Shown here one piece after another: positions 55,732 through 64,000 of a stretch of DNA of 64,000 nt. Both the position numbers and the translations under genes were made by a program. Each line of letters opens with the position of its first letter. Within the stretch, counting starts at the first letter, position 1. The stretch covers positions 46,872,001 through 46,936,000 of the forward strand of contig OX597815.1 of assembly GCA_951406725.2 (NCBI GenBank), written 5' to 3'. Under the pieces are notes generated by a model. The model searched no databases. It was not told the DNA's origin and saw only the letters and a list, made by a program, of their open reading frames with translations. The DNA comes from Octopus vulgaris (taxonomy: Eukaryota).

Positions 55732-56239
55732 TGGCGAATTCCGGTTTCAGCACCCTGCATAATTCCTCATAACTTTTTTATATTTTGGAATTTTCAGAAA
55801 CTTTTTGCGAATTTGTATTCCACACACAGGAATCCATAAGACTATGCAAAGAATTTTGTGTGTAATGTAAGGGTGATTTAACCGTCATTTTAAGCACATC
55901 TTATAACCACCTGATACCTTCTTAGTTTCTTTGTTTCTCTGACATGTATTGATGTTTTTCAATATTTTTCTCTCTATAAACACATTTAATGGAATGATGA
56001 TGCACCCAAGAAAAAAAAAATTCAGACTGTCCGCATTTTAAACTCTGATTAAAAGAAAATTGAAAAAGAGTGGAACTTTTAGGATTCACGGGGATTTAAA
56101 AAATAAAAATAAAAATTTCTTCAATCCTATGAATTTCCACGTGTAAAACACAAATTCGTAAAGATTTTCTGAAAATTCAAAAAAACTGAAAAAAAAACCT
56201 ATGTGGCATTAAATGGAGTGCTTGAACCAGTATTCCACC
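55732..56239. mobile_element. Foldback/MITE with ~120-bp imperfect TIRs
   Basis: GGAATTTTCAGAAACTTTTTGCGAATTTGT vs ACAAATTCGTAAAGATTTTCTGAAAATTC. Confidence 0.65.
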
Positions 56240-57632
56240 GAGTGTTCATTTCCCAAACTTCACGTTGCTTCACCAAACATAGACGACGTTCTTACTGGTG
56301 GTGTTTTATTTAACTAAATTCTTACTTGCAAATGTTTATTAGACATTTTGGCATAGTCGTTTTGGTGTTGCCTATTTGGCGTCGCTGATTCGACGCTGAC
56401 TTATTTGACAGACATTTTAATCTTTCTCCCGATTTAAAGTTTCTCTCGTTCTCTCCACCATCTCTCTCCGTTTTTACGTGTGTGCATAGTTGTCTTTATG
56501 TGTATAAGAAGAGACCAAGAATTGATGTCAATTGTGTTCAATTAATAAATCATGATATCTCTCTCTCAATTTGTATGCATGTATGTGTCTGCTCTAGTGC
56601 CAAAACGGACTGTCGCTAAAATAGGTCCAATGTCCAGTCATCCGTACCAAGTAACTAGCGTCCAAACAACTGCCCAATCACCGCCTTGTGGATGTAAACT
56701 TAGCAACTTAGACAGAAAGCAGTTTTACCTTCCACAAACATGTATAACTTTCAAACCGAATCAACACACCACAGTCTAACTAGGTCAGACTTTTATATTA
56801 CAGATATAATGCGAGGGAAACTCAAGGACTCAAAAAGTGAGTGATAATGACCATAATAATTATCAACGTGAAAAAAAAATGAAAGACAAAATTCCTCTCA
56901 GTGGGATTTGAACCCATAGCAGAGAGACCCAGAAAGAATGCAGGTATTCCTGACGATTATATTAACTAGCTGCGTTAATCGTAACCAGATATCTTAAAGA
57001 AAGTGTTCGAAAACAGGAATGTCTGGAAATAAATATTAGCAAAATTTGTGGCCTTATGCCAATGAAGGAAATCTGTATAAAATGATATATTTTGTTTCTT
57101 GCGAGATGTATTCGGGAGCTATGCCCCGAATATGCCTGAAACAAAATCAGACATAATTAAAATCTGTAACCCTTTGCCTGCCGAAAGCATTCTCAGGAAT
57201 TTCTCTTTGCTTTTTTTCCAGACTTTTTGTTTGACCTTGTTCGATATGTTTTGAACAATGTAAAGCTTTTCTTCCATAAATCTCAAGTAACTCTGTTGGT
57301 TTAAAATCACTGGGAATGTGCATCATGGATATCAGGGAGTGATGCACAAGACAGGTAAAAGCTTAAGTTAAGGAAACAACTTTCGCAATTAACAATATGA
57401 AAAGCTTCCACTATGGAATCAATTCGAAGACACAATCGAAATTTAATACACTGTAATAATCTTATGAAGTTCTTATGCGTTAAGATAGAGTAACAATATT
57501 TATAAGATATGGTATTTCTTTAGGTCTTAAATATCAGCGGGATAGAGTTGAATTTCAACGTCAGTTGTGGTCGCGCAAAGAAGCAAATTGGTAGCCCCTA
57601 GAATTTTAAGTTTCCTCTCGTAATTTATCAGG

Positions 57633-58421
<789 letters not shown>

Positions 58422-59015
58422 TTTTATTATTATTTCAGTCAATAGACTATGGCTACGCTGGTGCACTGCGTATTTATTCTATAGGTCTTTTTGGCCGAAT
58501 TGCTAAGTTACGGGAACGTAAAAGAACAACATTCTCGGTTATCAAGCGTTGATGGGCATAAACACTAAGACACACAGAGGCACACACGTATTTGTATGTG
58601 TGTGTGTGTGTGTTTGTGCTGTGTTTGTGAGTGTGTTTAATACATTCAGGTCGATCCTCAACATAGTCAAAAGCCGAAAATGTCAGCTAGCATGTACCTG
58701 AAATTAGAAGGCCCAGCATTTGTTAACCCATTGTGTTGTCCCTGATTCTTACACGAAGGTTAAGTTGAATGTCTGTGGAATGATCCGTCTTTGCATTGCA
58801 TAATCCACTGAAAAAAAAAAAAGGATTGCGTTGAGCGAGTAAATGGGATATTCATTATTCTTGCAAGCCGACGGAGAATCCATTTACGTTTCTGTATGCA
58901 TATACACTTATTGTGATCCATTTGCACTTTCTCTCTCTGTCACTCACAAACACACACACACACACAAACACGTATATTCATATATATGTACCTATATACA
59001 TACATACACACACAT

Positions 59016-59088
<73 letters not shown>

Positions 59089-59139
59089 AATATGCGTTGG
59101 TTTTTGTGATCTGTAATTGCTTTCTGCTTCATATATCTT

Positions 59140-59257
<118 letters not shown>

Positions 59258-59885
59258 CGTGTTTGTGTGCTTTTCTTATTTTTGCTGCAATGAATCCCTA
59301 TTTCACAGCCGATTCAGCACTTCTCAATCGGCTAGAGAAATATTTGGAAATAAAAGAATAAGTTAAGAATTTCCAATAAGACTCTTTGATAAACAAACAT
59401 AATATAATAATACAAAAATACAGAAACATATAAACAGGTATAATAGGAGACAGGATAGAAAGAAAATGCAGAGGAAGATGAAACAATAGAGTAGAGGAGA
59501 GAGATAGAGAGAGAGAGCGGGGAGGGGAGAGATGATAAAGTTAACCAATGGAATGAGAAAGGGAAAGAAAAAATAAAAAAGTATATTACAGATACAAAAT
59601 GAGGAATATAGAAATGAGAGGAAGAGAAACAGTAGTCAGGAGGTAAGAGAAGCATGGATACTGAGCTTGAGAGATAGTCGCATAGAAACGGTGAAGAGAC
59701 AAAAGTTTGGGTAGAATGGCTAGCGAGTAAAATTTTGTTTGTTTGGTTATTCGGAACTGATTGCGTGAGTCGTATTAATAACAGTTAGTTGCTACCCTTT
59801 TATGGAATTCATTCTGCTATGGCAGAGACAGAATTATTGTGGATAGACAAATAGATAGGCATATAATGATAGTCTCATATATATG

Positions 59886-59961
<76 letters not shown>

Positions 59962-59982
59962 TATGTATATATATATATGTAC

Positions 59983-60027
<45 letters not shown>

Positions 60028-60083
60028 CACATATGTATATAAATATATATGCGTATGTGTATATATACGTGTGCATATAATGC

Positions 60084-60128
<45 letters not shown>

Positions 60129-60150
60129 CTATATACATATATATATATAC

Positions 60151-60208
<58 letters not shown>

Positions 60209-60936
60209 CAGAGGGGGAGAGAGATTGTGTGTATGAGAGAAATAGGGGAGAGAGAGATGGGATAATAACGGATAGAAAGAGAGAACGCGGAGATAAAGCG
60301 TGAGAGAGCAAGAGACAAACAAAGTCATCAAATGCTGTATTGTCACCTGACATTCCACTTTCGAAATCATGTCAGTCGGCATTGCCAAATAATGGACAAT
60401 TACCATTATTATCACTCAGTAATATGGACGCCTTTTCAGATTTTGGTCTCCTTATTGTTAGCTTAGCGCCATACTTACCCACCACAACAAGGCTTTATGC
60501 AATATTCGATTATTTCTGTATGCATAATTCCATAATCATCTTAGCCAACTCAAAGACACATTTTGACATTCTTCAAAGAACTTATATTTTTTTTATTATT
60601 GGTATTGGCTCCATTTTTTTTTTTTTGTGTGTCTTTGTCTTATATTTCGGGGAAATAAGTATTTTTATTTTCTGGCTTGAAGACGCTATTGCTGCTGAAG
60701 TTGATGATGGTGGTTGTGGTGGCGGCGGTCGTCGACGTGATACTGCTAATGTTGGTGATGATGATGATTACAGTGATAATGAGGGTGGCGATGGTGGTGG
60801 TGGTAGTGGGTTGTAGTAGTGGTAGCTATAGTGATGCAGATAATGATGATGATTATGAGAACGGTATAGATGGTTACGATGATGCTGAGGATGATGAAGG
60901 TTGAAACAGTGGTAGTGTCCATGACAAATTAAAATA

Positions 60937-61297
60937 GGCGAAGGCGTGGTTGTGTAGTAAGAAGCTTGCTTCCCAGCCACATGGTTCTGGGTTCAGTCTC
61001 ACTGCATGGCACCTTGGGCAAGTGTCTTCTACCATAACCCCTGGTGAACCGAAGCCTTGCGAGTGGATTTGGTAGAAGGAAACTGAAAGAAGCATGTCTC
61101 TCGCGCGCGCGCGTGTGAGTAGAAAAGCGCTATTAGTTTGTTTATGTCCTCATAACTAAACGGTTCGACAAAAAGTAATTGATAGAATAAGTATCAGGCT
61201 TAAAGAGAAAAAAAGTTTTGCGGCTGATTTGTCCGACTAAAACATTTAAGGTTGTGCCTCAGCATGACCGCAGTCCAATGACTGAAACAATTAAAAG
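60937..61297 (+). mobile_element. SINE family B
   Basis: Colinear with 5834-6215. Confidence 0.85.
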
Positions 61298-61672
61298 ATC
61301 ATTAATAAATCAACAGAAAATAATGAAAGAAGCGAAAAGGAAAGGTAAGAAAATATACTTCTTTCTACTTAATTTCCTGACCTTGTTTGATGATTTCCGT
61401 CATGAAAATGAGACTGTCGTATCGAATCGATTAATACTACAGCAAATATTACAACGACGATGACGACGACGACCATCACCACCACCACCACCACCACCAC
61501 TCTCATCATCAAAATCATCGTCATTGTTATTGGAGGCTTACAGGCAGAATCGTTTGCACACCGAACAAAGTGTTTACCAGTATTTCTTCTGGCTCTTTAC
61601 GTTCTGAGTACAAATTCTTCTGAAGTGGGTTTGTCCTTTCACCAACTGGCCCTCGTCCACCAAGTTTCAAGA

Positions 61673-61704
<32 letters not shown>

Positions 61705-61779
61705 GATTATTATTATTATTATATAAATAAATTATAATTAAGAAACGGTTAGTAATATTACTCGTTAGAGCGAAATACC

Positions 61780-62011
61780 TATTTCTTTATTACCCACAAG
61801 GGGCTATACACAGAGGGAACAAACAATGACAGACATAGGTATTAAATCAATTACATCGACCCCAGTGCGTAACTGGTACTTAATTTATCGACCCCGAAAG
61901 GATGAAAGGCAAAGTCGACCTCGGCGGAATTTGAACTCACAACGTAGTGGCAGACGAAATACCGTTAAGCACTTCGCCCGGCATGCTAACGTTTCGTCCA
62001 GCTCGCCGCCT
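61780..62011 (-). mobile_element. SINE family A
   Basis: Reverse complement of 38651-38885. Confidence 0.87.
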
Positions 62012-62024
62012 AATAATAAGGATG

Positions 62025-62825
62025 ATTTAATTTATTTTCCACAAGGGTAAAGAATAAGGGGGACAACACAAAGATAGACATAAAGCGTGAGAGTTTACAT
62101 ATAATGAAATTATTTAAAAAATGAGTAAGTATACATGGTATACACTGAAAAAGAAGAGACATATGCATAGCATACAAACGATAAAAAATGTGGCGTGGAG
62201 GATGATAGAGATGTGACTTTTCTGATACAAGACGGCCTCAGGGATAATCCAGGAACCCCACTATCCAAGATTTCCCTGAAACCCGAAGAGCTAGTGCCCT
62301 CTCCAATTCCTTCTCTCCGACTCACAGGTGTACATTTAGAGAGGTAGTACCATCCATTCATGCCCTTTTCGCAACTTACACCCACCTTTCAATAAACTCA
62401 CGGAGGACAGCACATCCCTCTCCACTCTCAATTTCCTTTTCAAGTGTAACTTGTAGAAGTCAATGAGAGCTCTACTAAACAGGAAGGTATCTGTCCTCAA
62501 GCCTTTCAACCTTGTCCAGCAAACAACCTCTTTCCCCACAGCCACTAGGCAAAGAGAACTGCTTTGCCTGCTCGAGGGTGGCGAGGCGATCATCACTACT
62601 GACTCGGCCAATAGAGAGATCCGTTCCACACGTTACAGTAGCTGTTCGATATATCCACACAAACCAACAATGCTCAGACACTGAACGAGGGCCTGCAGAA
62701 CGGTTTCGTCATTCTGCGCGCACCTCGGAGAAGTCCGTCTAACAGAACATCCGTGCATGTAGAGTTTATCTCGAACCGGTAGCGCTCCCCGGTAGCACTG
62801 CCAGGCCAATGATATCTGAAAATTA
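62025..62825 (-). mobile_element. L1/Tx1-like LINE 3' end
   Basis: LAWQCYRGALPVRDKL..SPRCAQNDETVLQALVQC (zinc-knuckle-like)..HLKRKLRVER, followed by a 3' UTR. Confidence 0.75.
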
Positions 62826-62842
62826 CCCTTTCCCAACCATCC

Positions 62843-63055
62843 TTTCTACTATAGGTACAAGGCCTGGATTTTTGTGGGAAGCAGGACAATTGATCACTTC
62901 GATCCCAGTACTTGATTCGTATTTCATTTATCGACCCCGAAAGGAAGAAAGGCAAAGTTGACTTCGGCGGAATTTGAACTCAGAACGTAGCAACAGACGA
63001 AATACCGCAAAGCATTTCGTCCGGCGTACTAACGATTCTACCAGCTCGTCGCCTT
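62843..63055 (-). mobile_element. SINE family A
   Basis: Reverse complement of family A. Confidence 0.87.
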
Positions 63056-63068
63056 AATAATGATGATG

Positions 63069-63722
<654 letters not shown>

Positions 63723-63729
63723 TATAATA

Positions 63730-64000
63730 AATGCTCTGATGCAGTACCAGGCAGTGGTTCTCATGGCTTTTGATCTTAACCGATTGGAAGTGTCATCATG
63801 TATATTGTTTATCTTGGTATAAAAGATGGGCTACAGCAAATATTCTGATCAATACCACAGATTTGCTTGCCGTTGTTTGACCATAACCAGTTGAGCATGT
63901 CTGTTAGTGGCTGACGATATGTGCATCTCTGATCACGAGTAGAAGTAGTTGGGGAGCATCATAGCCATGTTCTGTGAGGGATTCTTTGGGGTTTTAATAA
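63730..64000. mobile_element. Internal portion of the 26691-27176 MITE family
   Basis: GTGCATCTCTGATCA..GGGGAGCATCATAG is the reverse complement of 26855-26888. Confidence 0.7.

Overview
This is AT-rich eukaryotic intronic or intergenic DNA saturated with microsatellites ((TA)n, (CA)n, (TACA)n, (GATA)n, (TAA)n) and tRNA-derived SINEs. The repeat landscape suggests an octopus or other coleoid cephalopod (inference). No intact host protein-coding gene is evident, and nearly all listed ORFs are microsatellite read-throughs. The recognisable coding remnants are all transposon-derived: RTE, CR1-group, L1/Tx1-like and R4/Dong-like LINE fragments, two Penelope GIY-YIG C-termini, and one full-length, one internally deleted and one fragmentary mariner. 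There are also several MITEs and a non-autonomous Helitron. The main signal is a set of about 8 short elements with mutually unrelated sequences, mostly embedded in (TA)n-type microsatellites. Each carries an intact or decayed type I hammerhead ribozyme (HHR) motif, and many are arranged as inverted, permuted or tandem arms, as in Penelope pseudo-LTRs or retrozymes. In one case the inversion junction coincides with the predicted self-cleavage site. All structures were read by eye and boundaries are approximate.
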